Source: Candidatus Methanomethylophilaceae archaeon (GTDB lineage: Archaea > Thermoplasmatota > Thermoplasmata > Methanomassiliicoccales > Methanomethylophilaceae). Taken from it: a stretch of 64,000 bases of DNA. Below are positions 1 to 10,118 of the stretch, in pieces. Location: positions 224,001 through 288,000 of the forward strand of contig JBMNHS010000001.1 in NCBI GenBank assembly GCA_050950505.1, written 5' to 3'. A program made the translations under genes and the position numbers. The notes beneath the pieces were generated by a model. That model saw nothing but the letters and a program-made list of their open reading frames with translations, was not told where the DNA came from and made no database searches. The stretch's first letter is position 1, and each line of letters starts with the position of its first letter.

Positions 1-698
1 GATGCGTCATCCGCATACAGTTTCAGTATCGTGCGTTTGACGGTTTCAACAGCATCGAAATTGTTTTTTTCAATGTATGTATCGACGGCCCGAGGCATGC
101 CGCCCACCAACATGTAGATATTGTACAGGTCCATGATGCGTCTGTGCATGCTCTGGCCAAGAGGCTGCCGTTCTTCGAATGCTTTTCTGAGCAACGGTAC
201 CGTAACATAATCATTCTGAGCCCATAGGAATTCCTCAAAATCCATCGGATGCATATCAATGGACATTTCCTCGGACGGTATCAGAATATCATTCACATTC
301 TGTTTGATGGAACGGAGTGACCGGGTTTCGATGTAATCGTAACGACCGTCTGCAACAAGATGTTTGATCATCTGTCTTGCGGGAGGGAAGAGCTGCACTT
401 CATCGAATACAATAACGCTCTCACGCTCATAGATAGTTGTCCTGTATATCTGTTGCAAATATAGGAAGAATCCATCCAAATTTCCGGCGTGATTTATGAA
501 TAAATCATTGACATCTTTGTCAACCTTTGAAAAATCTATGATTATGTACGATCGATATTCGTTTTCAGCGAATTGTTTCACCACGGTGGTCTTGCCGACA
601 CGTCGGGCCCCTTCAATCAGGAGAGCATACTTTCCGTCATATTGCCTCTTCCATTCGAAAATCTTATCATAAATCTTCCTTCTAAAAACTTTTGCCAT
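1..698 (-). CDS. AAA+ ATP-binding protein (AAA_14/DUF4143-type), runs off left edge
   Basis: Manual translation from ATG at 698: MAKVFRRKIYDKIFEWK...LLIEGARRVGKTT (Walker A)...VIVFDEVQ (Walker B)...YMLVGGMP; no stop before position 1, so it is absent from the ORF track. Confidence 0.85.
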   Translation of the reverse strand, partial: MAKVFRRKIYDKIFEWKRQYDGKYALLIEGARRVGKTTVVKQFAENEYRSYIIIDFSKVDKDVNDLFINHAGNLDGFFLYLQQIYRTTIYERESVIVFDEVQLFPPARQMIKHLVADGRYDYIETRSLRSIKQNVNDILIPSEEMSIDMHPMDFEEFLWAQNDYVTVPLLRKAFEERQPLGQSMHRRIMDLYNIYMLVGGMPRAVDTYIEKNNFDAVETVKRTILKLYADDA

Positions 699-716
699 AC
701 CCGTATAAGTCACGAT

Positions 717-764
717 AATACACCTATATTAAATTGATTAAGGTGACTGAATACACCTATATTA
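717..764. promoter_or_regulatory. 15-bp direct repeat (AATACACCTATATTA x2) upstream of the ATPase
   Basis: Identical copies at 717-731 and 750-764; partial third copy CCTATAT at 785-791. Confidence 0.5.
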
Positions 765-1017
765 TGAATTATATTCATTTTTTGCCTATATGTTCAACTT
801 GATTGTGTTTTTGGAGTGTGCTTGTACCGCAAGTACGACGAACGGTCCGGCTTCGACATTTACGAATAAGCACAAATGATAAAGTCGGGTTAAAAGGAAG
901 ACTGATTTGGAAAGACTGGATCGAATATCGTCGCAAGTATCGAATTTAACTAAGTGCTGTGGTAATCATGTGATTATTTGCGAAATGTGATGTTGGAACG
1001 AATAGGTAGTTGAATTT

Positions 1018-2217
1018 TTATAAATATTTTAGTGCGTAGCCGCCAATCACAGACAGTGCTGCGCCTATTAAGATGCTTATTGTGGCCCATTTTCGCCCGT
1101 CGGTTTTGTAATCGCACATAGTATTCATCTTGGGCCCTATTTTGTAAATCCATTCTTCGATAGTTTTGACTTCTTCAAAATAGTTTTTCAACTCTTTAAC
1201 AGACGTTGTAAGAATCGATCCGCGAACACGCTCATCAATCTCTCTTTCTAACGATTCGAGCTTGCTTTTCATGTCGGGATAATCAGGAATGAGTTCCACC
1301 ACTGTCTTTTTCGAGAATCCTCTTAGAAGTTCATCAAGGCTTAAGATACAATGGGACATCGAGGCCTGTAATATTCTAAGTACTCCACTGGTTAAATTTT
1401 TCATCATATGATCTATATTCTTCTTAACCGTGAGATCTCCCATTACGGGCGTAAATATTCTCATCAGGCGGTCATAAGCAGTCATTCCATCAATAATCAC
1501 AAAAATCGGGGAGTTCATATACTGCTCTTCATAATGGAGCATGCTTCTTTTGTATAGATTATAGAGACTTACATGATCCTCATTGAAGACATCTTCAATG
1601 GATATGTCTCGGCTTTCCAGAGGGGTCTCTTCCCTGGATTCGGTAATTTTTGGCCTCTGTTTACATGTAAGTGTGCATACGACTAAATCTATTCGATTCA
1701 ACATTATCTTCAATAGATGAATGTGATTGCTTAAACGTTCGAAATTCGTATCTTCAGCATCCTTATCCATCCTCATATCTTCGGATGCTCTGGTATATTT
1801 GAATATGGATTCTCTGCACTCGTTAAAATTGGGAACTCTCCTATAAACGGTTTTCAGATTTGTTCGTCTCAGGCATGCGTTGTATTCTTCTCTTGCATCG
1901 AGTGCTAACTTATCCACTAAATCGTATGAAGCTCTTTGAAGATGGAGTATTGCCGATTTTGAAGTATTCCTTATGTATTCTTCTCGACTGTTTTTGTCTG
2001 TCCCATATCTTTCATTGGTGCTAAATATAGCACTCATTCCGCGCATCATATGATCATATGCATTCCGGCCGTTCATGACTGCGGGTAAAAAATAATCATT
2101 TGCACCGGATCTTATTTGATGCAACGTGAATAATTCTTTGTATATGTTATAGATTCTAATATGTCTTTCATCAGAAAATGACTGCTGAAGACTGTGCATT
2201 AAACTTTTAGAATCCAA
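1018..2217 (-). CDS. Hypothetical protein with two tandem HEPN-like helical repeats and a C-terminal TM helix
   Basis: 399-aa ORF; internal duplication (HIRIYNIYK...GRNAYDHMMR vs HVSLYNLYK...GMTAYDRLMR); RxxxxH in the first copy; hydrophobic C-terminus. Confidence 0.6.
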   Translation of the reverse strand: MDSKSLMHSLQQSFSDERHIRIYNIYKELFTLHQIRSGANDYFLPAVMNGRNAYDHMMRGMSAIFSTNERYGTDKNSREEYIRNTSKSAILHLQRASYDLVDKLALDAREEYNACLRRTNLKTVYRRVPNFNECRESIFKYTRASEDMRMDKDAEDTNFERLSNHIHLLKIMLNRIDLVVCTLTCKQRPKITESREETPLESRDISIEDVFNEDHVSLYNLYKRSMLHYEEQYMNSPIFVIIDGMTAYDRLMRIFTPVMGDLTVKKNIDHMMKNLTSGVLRILQASMSHCILSLDELLRGFSKKTVVELIPDYPDMKSKLESLEREIDERVRGSILTTSVKELKNYFEEVKTIEEWIYKIGPKMNTMCDYKTDGRKWATISILIGAALSVIGGYALKYL

Positions 2218-2227
2218 ATCAGAACCC

Positions 2228-2428
2228 TCAAGGAAGCTTTACACGTTTGGCCTTATTGACGAGCGATTTGAAATCGGACGCGTCTTCCATATGACCCAAT
2301 GCCACTCGGACGCTTCCGAATATATATTTTTCATTGGATTTTAACACGTTTGTATCGCGTATGACTCGGACTGGTTCTTTGAAATCCGTTAGAACTACAC
2401 TGCTATACGGAATTTTAATGGGTGCCAT
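2228..2428 (-). CDS. Small hypothetical protein, likely co-transcribed with 1018..2217
   Basis: 66-aa ATG ORF 10 bp upstream of the 399-aa gene; AT-rich TATA-like region upstream. Confidence 0.55.
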   Translation of the reverse strand: MAPIKIPYSSVVLTDFKEPVRVIRDTNVLKSNEKYIFGSVRVALGHMEDASDFKSLVNKAKRVKLP

Positions 2429-2604
2429 AGTACAGAATAACGAGTGTCATTTTAATAAATAAGGATTGCGACTACCTCTAACATATCTCCAGATGCCGTG
2501 TTTAGGTAATCTGGTTGGGGCTTTGAACGCTATGTTGAACCTTTGTTTTTTATGCTTTATCTAAACCCGTGGAAAACCATATTACGCATTAAAATGGAAA
2601 TTGA

Positions 2605-2626
2605 TTCGACGGAAAACCCGTCGGAA
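2605..2626 (-). terminator. Hairpin downstream of the mscS-family gene
   Basis: TTCGACGG-AAAAC-CCGTCGGAA inverted repeat about 20 bp after the stop codon. Confidence 0.4.
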
Positions 2627-2645
2627 AGAAGTTTACCGAACAGTA

Positions 2646-4226
2646 TCAGAGTTCGTATTCGTCCATTCCCTTCGGTTCGGTTCTGATGTCATACCTCTTG
2701 TACGCAACTCGGATTCCGTTTTCCTTGAATTCTTTGAGAATCCTTTCCATAATGGCGGCTTCCGCCGACCACTGGTTTTCGTAATCGTAAACGTAAGCGG
2801 ACAAACGTATCTTTATTCCGGAATCGGTCAGTCCCGTCGCACGTGCGAAGGGCATCATTATGGACCCGTCGGTGATGATTTCGGGACGGTCCATAGCCGC
2901 ATCCGTCAGTATTTTATTAGCCAGCGTGAGATTCGTGTCTCGGGTCACTTCAACATAAAAGTTGAATCTGTAACGCAGATTCTCGCCGGTCATGTTGACG
3001 ACGGTGCTTGCGGCAACTTTGTCGTTGGGCATGGTTATTATTTCCTCGTTCCACGGATTCTTGAACCGTGTGTTCATAATACCCACCTGATGAACTTTGA
3101 GTTCGTTTCCGCCGTCTATCCTGATAAGGTCTCCGGCTTTGAACGGGCGTGTCGCCAGCAGCGAAATGCCGCTGAAGAACTGCTTAAGTATATTCTGAGC
3201 TCCCAGAGATATTGCCAAACCTGCGATGCCCGCACCCGCTATTATCCCCATGAGGTCCGCGCCGAGAGTGGCGAATATGCCGGCGGCCGCGAAAACAACG
3301 ATGATTATCTTACCGATCATGTTGAACAGCGGAATTAATGTCTCGTCGACTCCGTCGGGGGCCATATCCATTCCCCGTCCCGAGAAAGTATGACGTACGA
3401 GAACTTTGTAAATTTCCCATCCTATCACGGCGCCCAGCACGATATACAGAAGAGCCGCCACTCTTGCGGAAAAATCGATGATGTATTCGGAAGAGCCCAT
3501 AATCCTGAGGCTTTCGTTCACTCCGTATACCATGATGAAAAGAATCACCATGCTGTAGAAGGTTCTCATCTTTACGTCCTTCAGTTCTTCGTTTCTTTTT
3601 ATGGGTCTGCTGAGAACGATCTTCAACAAACCGACGACCGCCAAAGAAATAATTGCCCATATCAGGAGTGTGGCTATGGTTGCGCCGATGTATCCGTTAA
3701 AGGGCTTCGGCAAAGTGTTGGGTATGAAACCCATGATTTTATTGAAATATCCGGATGATGAAAGATCCGAATATATGTTAATCGTCAGAGTTTCTGCAAT
3801 CAGGTGACTTTCGGATGTGTCGTCCGTTTTGTAATACAATTGTATAACAACATCGCCGGCTCCTTCGGATGCGTATTTTTCCACAGAAAATGTCAAAACC
3901 AGGCTTTCTGATTCTCCGGCACCCAGGTTTCCGATGTATTCGGGATCGTTGAGGACTTCGACATGATCGGTACCGACGGCCTGTACGCTTACATCGGACC
4001 AGGAAGAAGATGTGATATTTTTAATTACGATTCTTACGGTCTCTTCCCCTCCCGCTTTGATCTTAACGGGATTTTCGTCACTTACCGGCAGTATTCCGAA
4101 CAATGAGGTGATTTCGCCAGTATTGGGTTCTTCCTCGATGGCATATGCCTCGTCAAACATCACGGGAACCGTCAATATCGTAATCAATACCGCGGCCAAC
4201 GCCATGATGCGCATCTTCTGCTTCAT
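2646..4226 (-). CDS. mscS: Mechanosensitive ion channel (MscS family) with N-terminal extracellular Ig-like region
   Basis: Signal peptide, TM helices, GAGIAGLAISLGAQNILKQFFSG and PFKAGDLI MscS motifs. Confidence 0.85.
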   Translation of the reverse strand: MKQKMRIMALAAVLITILTVPVMFDEAYAIEEEPNTGEITSLFGILPVSDENPVKIKAGGEETVRIVIKNITSSSWSDVSVQAVGTDHVEVLNDPEYIGNLGAGESESLVLTFSVEKYASEGAGDVVIQLYYKTDDTSESHLIAETLTINIYSDLSSSGYFNKIMGFIPNTLPKPFNGYIGATIATLLIWAIISLAVVGLLKIVLSRPIKRNEELKDVKMRTFYSMVILFIMVYGVNESLRIMGSSEYIIDFSARVAALLYIVLGAVIGWEIYKVLVRHTFSGRGMDMAPDGVDETLIPLFNMIGKIIIVVFAAAGIFATLGADLMGIIAGAGIAGLAISLGAQNILKQFFSGISLLATRPFKAGDLIRIDGGNELKVHQVGIMNTRFKNPWNEEIITMPNDKVAASTVVNMTGENLRYRFNFYVEVTRDTNLTLANKILTDAAMDRPEIITDGSIMMPFARATGLTDSGIKIRLSAYVYDYENQWSAEAAIMERILKEFKENGIRVAYKRYDIRTEPKGMDEYEL

Positions 4227-4329
4227 AACGGTGCATACGTCATTCTTTTAATAAATACTCATTAATTTGTTCCGATATTACATAAAGTTGCGACAAATCT
4301 TAAAACTTATAACGGATACGGGAGGATGT

Positions 4330-5109
4330 ATGATACTTATTAAGCTGGGAGGCAGCGTCATCACCGACAAGTCCCAGTACAGAACTTTCAACAAAGAGCG
4401 TGTTGCCCGTTTATGCTCGGAAATCAAAGAATCCGGCCATAAAGCGCTGATAGTTCACGGTGCGGGGTCGTTCGGACACGTTCTTTCCAAGCGTCACGGC
4501 ATACAGAACGGGTACGTTTCGGAAGAGCAGATTCCCGCCGTGGCCGAGGTTCAGTATGACGTGAGGGATCTCAGCCTGATGGTCGTAAGGGAAATGCTGA
4601 ACGTCGGCATTCCCGCGGTTTCCGTGCCGCCGGGATCCTGTTTCGTGTTGGATGACGGAAAATTGGTTGCATCCGATACCGAAGCCATGGAACGATTGGT
4701 TGACGCAGGAGTGATGCCCGTGCTTTTCGGGGATGTGCTGATGGACCGGGTAAAAGGTTTCGGCATCTGTTCCGGAGATACGTTTATGGAAAAACTTGCC
4801 GAGTTGTTTGATATTCAAAAAGCAATCTTCGTTTCCGACGTGGACGGCCTGTTCACGGCCGACCCGAAAACCGACGGCAAAGCGGAATTGATCGAAGTCG
4901 TGGATAAGAACGTATTGGAGAACATTAAATCAAAGAGCGACATAGACGATGTTACCGGAGGAATACGTTTCAAGATGGAAGCGATGCTCAGAATGAGCAC
5001 GGCGGACCGCGACTGCGTTCTGGTGAACGGCACCGTGGCAGGTCGGTTGGGCGCGTTGCTGAAAGGAGAAAACGTGATATCCACCACAGCCAAAGGCGGA
5101 ATAAAATGA
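4330..5109 (+). CDS. ipk: Isopentenyl phosphate kinase
   Basis: MILIKLGGSVITDK, VHGAGSFGH, DVTGGI; adjacent to fni; start at ATG 4330 after a GGAGG RBS. Confidence 0.9.
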   Translation: MILIKLGGSVITDKSQYRTFNKERVARLCSEIKESGHKALIVHGAGSFGHVLSKRHGIQNGYVSEEQIPAVAEVQYDVRDLSLMVVREMLNVGIPAVSVPPGSCFVLDDGKLVASDTEAMERLVDAGVMPVLFGDVLMDRVKGFGICSGDTFMEKLAELFDIQKAIFVSDVDGLFTADPKTDGKAELIEVVDKNVLENIKSKSDIDDVTGGIRFKMEAMLRMSTADRDCVLVNGTVAGRLGALLKGENVISTTAKGGIK

Positions 5110-6158
5110 ATATCAGGAACAGAAAGGCCGAACATATCGAAATATGTCTGAATGAAAAAATTGCTCCGGGATATTGTTATTGGGATGACGTGAGACTCGT
5201 TCACAACGCTTTGCCGGAACTCAATGCGGACGATATCGATACGAGTGTTACGCTGTTCGGCAAAAAATTGGATTTTCCTTTGATTGTTACCGCCATCACC
5301 GGCGGATTCAAAGGCGCCGAGAAAATTAACGCCAACATTGCGGAAGCCTGTGCGGAACTGGGTATAGGCATGGGCGTAGGCAGCGAAAGAGCCGGCGTAA
5401 TGGGCGTGGAGCCCGAAAGTTACAGCGTCGTGAAAGAATACGACGTTCCGTTGATGATCGGAAACGTCGGCGCTCCGCAGTTGGTGCCGCAACACAGCAA
5501 AGACTTCATCGGTTCGGATGAAATCGAGATGGCCAGAGACCTTGTGGACGCCGACGTCATAGCGGTTCATCTGAACTATCTTCAGGAAGCAATTCAGCCC
5601 GGAGGGGATACAAACGCCGAAGGCTGTTATACCGCAATCCGGGAACTTGCCCTGAAATATCCCCTGATTGTCAAAGAAACAGGCGCGGGAATTTCAAGAG
5701 ACGTTGCGGCAAGGCTGAAAGGAATCGGCATACTGGGTATCGACATTGCAGGAATGGGCGGTACCAGTTTCTCCGCGGTGGAGATGTACCGGGCACAGGA
5801 CATAAAGGACGAAATACTGGCGGAAATGGGAAAAACCTTCTTCGATTGGGGCATACCCGCTCCCGCTTCGCTTGTCGATGCAAAGTGCGGACTTCCGCTG
5901 ATTGCGTCCGGCGGCATACTGAACGGAGTGCATATCGCAAACAGTATAGCAATGGGCGCCGGCTGCGCCGGTGTCGCGAACGCGATACTGAAAGAAGCCA
6001 CGATATCCGCCGACGCCGTGAAGAAGAAACTCAACATAATCAAAGAAGAACTGAAGGTCGCAATGCTGCTGACCGGATGTTCCGACATCAAACAGCTTTC
6101 CAATGCCAGACATGTGATTCTGGGTAAAACCGCACAATGGTTAGAGGGACTTGAATGA
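5106..6158 (+). CDS. fni: Type 2 isopentenyl-diphosphate delta-isomerase
   Basis: RKAEHI, TAITGG, GVGSER, HLNYLQE, VKETGAG, GGTSFSAVE. Confidence 0.93.
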   Translation: MNIRNRKAEHIEICLNEKIAPGYCYWDDVRLVHNALPELNADDIDTSVTLFGKKLDFPLIVTAITGGFKGAEKINANIAEACAELGIGMGVGSERAGVMGVEPESYSVVKEYDVPLMIGNVGAPQLVPQHSKDFIGSDEIEMARDLVDADVIAVHLNYLQEAIQPGGDTNAEGCYTAIRELALKYPLIVKETGAGISRDVAARLKGIGILGIDIAGMGGTSFSAVEMYRAQDIKDEILAEMGKTFFDWGIPAPASLVDAKCGLPLIASGGILNGVHIANSIAMGAGCAGVANAILKEATISADAVKKKLNIIKEELKVAMLLTGCSDIKQLSNARHVILGKTAQWLEGLE

Positions 6159-7138
6159 ACGCAAAAGAATATCTTAAAAAAATCGCCGCGGAGCTTGACG
6201 CTCCGATGAAACAGTACATCGAAGACGAGGATCCGGCGGATTTGATTGAAGCCACAAGGCAGTATCCTTACGCCGGCGGGAAAAGAATGAGGCCGGCCAT
6301 GGCCGTCGCCTGCTGCGGTGCCGTCGGGGGAGACCGGAAGAAAGCGATTCCTCTGGCCGTTGCCGTGGAATACATACACAACTTCACACTGGTCCATGAC
6401 GATCTCATGGACGAGGACGACACCAGAAGAGGAATGACCACCATCCACGTGAAATACGGAATGCCCACCGCCGTTCTGGCGGGGGACGCGCTGTTCGCCA
6501 AAGCTTTCCAGATTATCGCCGAACTTGACGTTCCGGACAAAGCCATGAGGGATGTTCTGAGATACGTCACCAAAGCCGTCTGGGACCTTGCGAGGGGTCA
6601 GCAAATGGACATCAACAACGAAGGCAAAATCGTGACCGAAGACGTCTATATCGAAACTATCAGGCTCAAAACCGCCGTTCTGTTCGCCGCGGCCGCCGCC
6701 GGCGGCGCCATAGTCGGCGGCGCAGATGAGGAGACGGTCAAAGCGATCAACGAGTACGCCGTGGATCTGGGTCTCGGATTCCAGATGTACGATGATTATC
6801 TGGGTATTGCCGGGGACTCGTCCAAAACGGGAAAATCCGTGGGCAACGACATACGCAGGGGCAAATGCACCGTGATGGTGACCCACGCCGTTGACAACAT
6901 CACGAATCCCGCAGATTTGGAGAAGTTCAAGAACACATTGGGCAAAGAAGATGCCAGTGAGAAAGAAATCTCCGACGTTCTGAAAATTCTCGAAAAATCC
7001 GGCAGCATCGAATACGCCCTGAACTCCGCGAAAGCCAGAGTCGAGTCCGCCGTTTCGAAAATAAGCTCTCTTCCCGAAAGCGAAGAAAAAGATTTTATGA
7101 TCGGACTCGCCCGTTACGCCATAGACCGGGACGTCTGA
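6155..7138 (+). CDS. idsA: Geranylgeranyl diphosphate (polyprenyl) synthase
   Basis: GGKRMRP, HDDLMDEDDTRRG, GQQMD, FQMYDDYL aspartate-rich motifs. Confidence 0.9.
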   Translation: MNAKEYLKKIAAELDAPMKQYIEDEDPADLIEATRQYPYAGGKRMRPAMAVACCGAVGGDRKKAIPLAVAVEYIHNFTLVHDDLMDEDDTRRGMTTIHVKYGMPTAVLAGDALFAKAFQIIAELDVPDKAMRDVLRYVTKAVWDLARGQQMDINNEGKIVTEDVYIETIRLKTAVLFAAAAAGGAIVGGADEETVKAINEYAVDLGLGFQMYDDYLGIAGDSSKTGKSVGNDIRRGKCTVMVTHAVDNITNPADLEKFKNTLGKEDASEKEISDVLKILEKSGSIEYALNSAKARVESAVSKISSLPESEEKDFMIGLARYAIDRDV

Positions 7139-7144
7139 AACCAC

Positions 7145-7167
7145 AAAGGGCTTACCGCCCTTTTTTT
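7145..7167 (+). terminator. Intrinsic terminator after the isoprenoid operon
   Basis: AAAGGGC-TTACC-GCCC followed by T7. Confidence 0.65.
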
Positions 7168-7243
7168 CCATTTTTTACGATTCCCGGGCGGAGTATAACC
7201 TTAGCCGCGTCCCTTATATTGTGAACCGTGACTGAAACCTGAC

Positions 7244-8104
7244 GTGGACGTTTCGGAAACCGTTGCGGCCGTTATCGTGACGATCGCGGTTTTTACGCTG
7301 ATATCGGCATCCGTTGAGGATTTGAGGACAAGGACCGTAAGAGACGGCCATTGGGCCGTAATCGGCGGATCCGGAGCGATTCTCAACCTGTTTGCCTTCA
7401 TCGAAGGCGGAATTTTCTTCGGATTGACGGTTTCAATCCTGTCGATGACAATACTGTACTGTATTCTGAACGGATCGGAACGTTTCGGAAACGCAAGAAC
7501 GGCGTTCATCGGAACCGTGATTGCACTGACCGTTGTTTCTTACGTACTGGCTCCTTCGGATTCCTTCAGATATGCCGCGTTGTCGGTTCCGATTTTCAGC
7601 GGAATGTTCGTTCTGATGTATTACGCCGGACTGCTGAGGGGAGGAGCCGATGCGAAATGCATGGTATCCCTGGCAATCGCGTTTCCCGCCTATCCCATAT
7701 TTTATAAGTATCCTTTGATAAAAATCACTGACGGGATATCGTCAGTAATCTTTTCGTTCCCGTTGGCTATCCTCTTTCTTGCGCTTCTTATCACGTTGAC
7801 CGTCGCCGTTCCTCTTTTTCTGATAAATCTCAAAAGAGGAAATATCGGAAAAAACATGTTTTCCGGTTACGTGACCGACATCGCCGCAGCGAAGAATTCC
7901 CATGTTTGGCCGATGCATGACGTCCTTGACGGAAAATTGATAAAAATATCCCCTTCAGAAGATTCCACGGATATCTTTGAAAGATTGGAACAACAGAACG
8001 AAAAGAACATCTGGGTCACTCCCATGATTCCGTTCATGGTTCCGATTGCGGTTTCCTTCGCAATCACGGCAATATTCGGAAATCCGATTTTTCTCATACT
8101 ATAA
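7244..8104 (+). CDS. A24 prepilin/preflagellin peptidase (FlaK/PibD-like)
   Basis: SVEDLRTR and GGADAK catalytic aspartates; C-terminal IWVTPMIPFMVPI; multiple TM helices. Confidence 0.85.
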   Translation: MDVSETVAAVIVTIAVFTLISASVEDLRTRTVRDGHWAVIGGSGAILNLFAFIEGGIFFGLTVSILSMTILYCILNGSERFGNARTAFIGTVIALTVVSYVLAPSDSFRYAALSVPIFSGMFVLMYYAGLLRGGADAKCMVSLAIAFPAYPIFYKYPLIKITDGISSVIFSFPLAILFLALLITLTVAVPLFLINLKRGNIGKNMFSGYVTDIAAAKNSHVWPMHDVLDGKLIKISPSEDSTDIFERLEQQNEKNIWVTPMIPFMVPIAVSFAITAIFGNPIFLIL

Positions 8105-9089
8105 TGTTGAGGGGATGTCCGCAGGCAGCGCACTTGTTTCCTTTCAGTTCTTCGATTTCCACAAGATAACCCAGACGGCTTACCGCGACGGCTCCGCATT
8201 CCGGACAGTACGTATCCCCGGTGCCTTCGGAAACTATGTTTCCCGTGTACACGTAATTCAATCCCGCTCCCATAGCCACATCCCTTGCGGCCACCAATGC
8301 TTCCGGGGACGTCCACTGAACATCGTTCATTTCATTGTCGGGATGGAATCTTGAAAAGTGAACCGGAACGTCCGGAGACAGTTCGTCCTTCACCCACTCG
8401 GCGAACTTTCTGATTTCGTCCAGACTGTCGTTCCATCCGGGAATCATCAGATATGTAAGTTCGATGTGAACGCCTTCTTCAAAAACGATCTTGACGGATT
8501 TCAGAACATCTTCCAAATGCGCTCCGCATATCTTCATGTAAAACTCATCGGTGAAGGCTTTCACGTCGATGTTCATAGCAGAAACCACTTTGCACAGTTC
8601 CCTGAGTGGCTCTTCGTTAATCAGTCCGTTGGTGACCATCACGCAAATCAGATCGGGATCCAAATCCATCACGTCAAGTATGTATTCGAACCAAAGCGTC
8701 GGTTCGTTGTACGTGAAGGAGATTATGTCGGAACCGTCCCTTCTGCACATGCTCACCAATTTTTCGGGAGAAGCGTACGTGGTGCGTTTCTTTCCCGTAG
8801 AGTACTGGGATATCGCAAAATTCTGACAGTGTCTGCACCTCATGTTGCAACCGACGCTGCCCACGGAAAACGTTTTGGCGCCGGGATAAAAATGATACAG
8901 AGGTTTCTTTTCTATGGGATCCACGCATATCGACGACAATTTTCCGTAGGTGTACGCAATCAGTTTGTCTTCGGTTCCGTATCTCGAACCGCATCTTCCG
9001 TATTCTTCCACGCCGATTCTGCAGGCATGGGGGCACAGACCGCATACGTAGTAACCGTCTTCCACGGTGTAGTACGCCGCTTCCTTCAT
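8094..9089 (-). CDS. AmmeMemoRadiSam-type radical SAM enzyme (PflA-like)
   Basis: CGLCPHAC, DPIEKKPLYHF, CNMRCRHCQN, FTYNEP, HFSRFHP. Confidence 0.88.
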   Translation of the reverse strand: MKEAAYYTVEDGYYVCGLCPHACRIGVEEYGRCGSRYGTEDKLIAYTYGKLSSICVDPIEKKPLYHFYPGAKTFSVGSVGCNMRCRHCQNFAISQYSTGKKRTTYASPEKLVSMCRRDGSDIISFTYNEPTLWFEYILDVMDLDPDLICVMVTNGLINEEPLRELCKVVSAMNIDVKAFTDEFYMKICGAHLEDVLKSVKIVFEEGVHIELTYLMIPGWNDSLDEIRKFAEWVKDELSPDVPVHFSRFHPDNEMNDVQWTSPEALVAARDVAMGAGLNYVYTGNIVSEGTGDTYCPECGAVAVSRLGYLVEIEELKGNKCAACGHPLNIIV

Positions 9090-9093
9090 AGGA

Positions 9094-10032
9094 TTAATAA
9101 ATGCCGTGTCTCAACACCTCCGTTCCGTCAATATCCGATACCGTCGGCCGGTCACCGTTGGTGACCTGTCCGATTATCGTGAAGGGTACTCTATTGCCGT
9201 ACAGTTGTTTTATCATATCCTTTCTGAAAGTGAACACAAGTTCGTACTCTCCGCCCCAGTAAAGAAGCAGATCATCCAACGGAACGCCCAGGGATTCGTG
9301 GACTTCTTCCACTCCGTATCCCATGGGCAGAAATTCTCTTCTTATTTCCATCCCCACATGGCTGGCATTGCATATTGCCCAGGCGGCTTCGGCCAACCCG
9401 TCGGAAAGATCCATACAGGAAGTTACGGCGCCGGAGCCGGCCATGGCCATCCCTTCGTTCACTCTCGGCACCGGAACGTTCAACGAATATTCCGCCTCTT
9501 CCAATCCCAAACCGTTGTTCATGGAATGCCATCCCGCCGCCGGGGAACCCAACTCCCCGGTGACGGCAATCATGTCTCCGGGATTCGCGCCGTGACGCGT
9601 CATGGGTTTGCGGTCTTCCATGTTTCCGATTGCGGTGCACACTACGGAACCGGTTCCCTCTTTCGTATCCCCGCCTATGACGTACGTGTCGCAGAACTCG
9701 GCGCACCGGTCTATGCCGTCCATGATGTCGCATATATCGTCAATATCCAGGTCCGGTGGCATCATCAGCGATGCCAGTATTCCCGTGGGTCTTGCGCCCA
9801 TTGACGCCAAATCGCTGAAATTCACCGCTCCGGCCATCCATCCGAACTGTTCGTAAGTCATGGTGGGGGTCATGTGGCGGTCAAAGGTCAGTCCGTCGGA
9901 ACAGATCGCAAGTTTCCCTTCCGTGTTCACTATCGCCGCATCGTCCAAGGGACTGTTGTCCGGGGACGGGCGTATAACGCCCATTATCTTGCGGATCGCA
10001 TCGCGTTCGCCGACTTCGCGGAAAGTGGACAT
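9094..10032 (-). CDS. thiL: Thiamine-monophosphate kinase
   Basis: DDAA, NFSDLASMGA, IGGDT, MDLSDGL, GGEYEL. Confidence 0.9.
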   Translation of the reverse strand: MSTFREVGERDAIRKIMGVIRPSPDNSPLDDAAIVNTEGKLAICSDGLTFDRHMTPTMTYEQFGWMAGAVNFSDLASMGARPTGILASLMMPPDLDIDDICDIMDGIDRCAEFCDTYVIGGDTKEGTGSVVCTAIGNMEDRKPMTRHGANPGDMIAVTGELGSPAAGWHSMNNGLGLEEAEYSLNVPVPRVNEGMAMAGSGAVTSCMDLSDGLAEAAWAICNASHVGMEIRREFLPMGYGVEEVHESLGVPLDDLLLYWGGEYELVFTFRKDMIKQLYGNRVPFTIIGQVTNGDRPTVSDIDGTEVLRHGIY

Positions 10033-10118
10033 ATACCGTAATATTCGCCGACTCCGTATATACCTTCCATAATTCTTGTAATAAATTTATTAATAAGATA
10101 CGCGCAATTGTGCAAGAG

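Noticed and set aside
5627-7171. 514-aa antisense ORF and similar long shadow ORFs (for example 11543..12637, 50514..51797, 61973..63220)
   Set aside because: They lie opposite well-supported genes, have no motifs, and are explained by codon bias.
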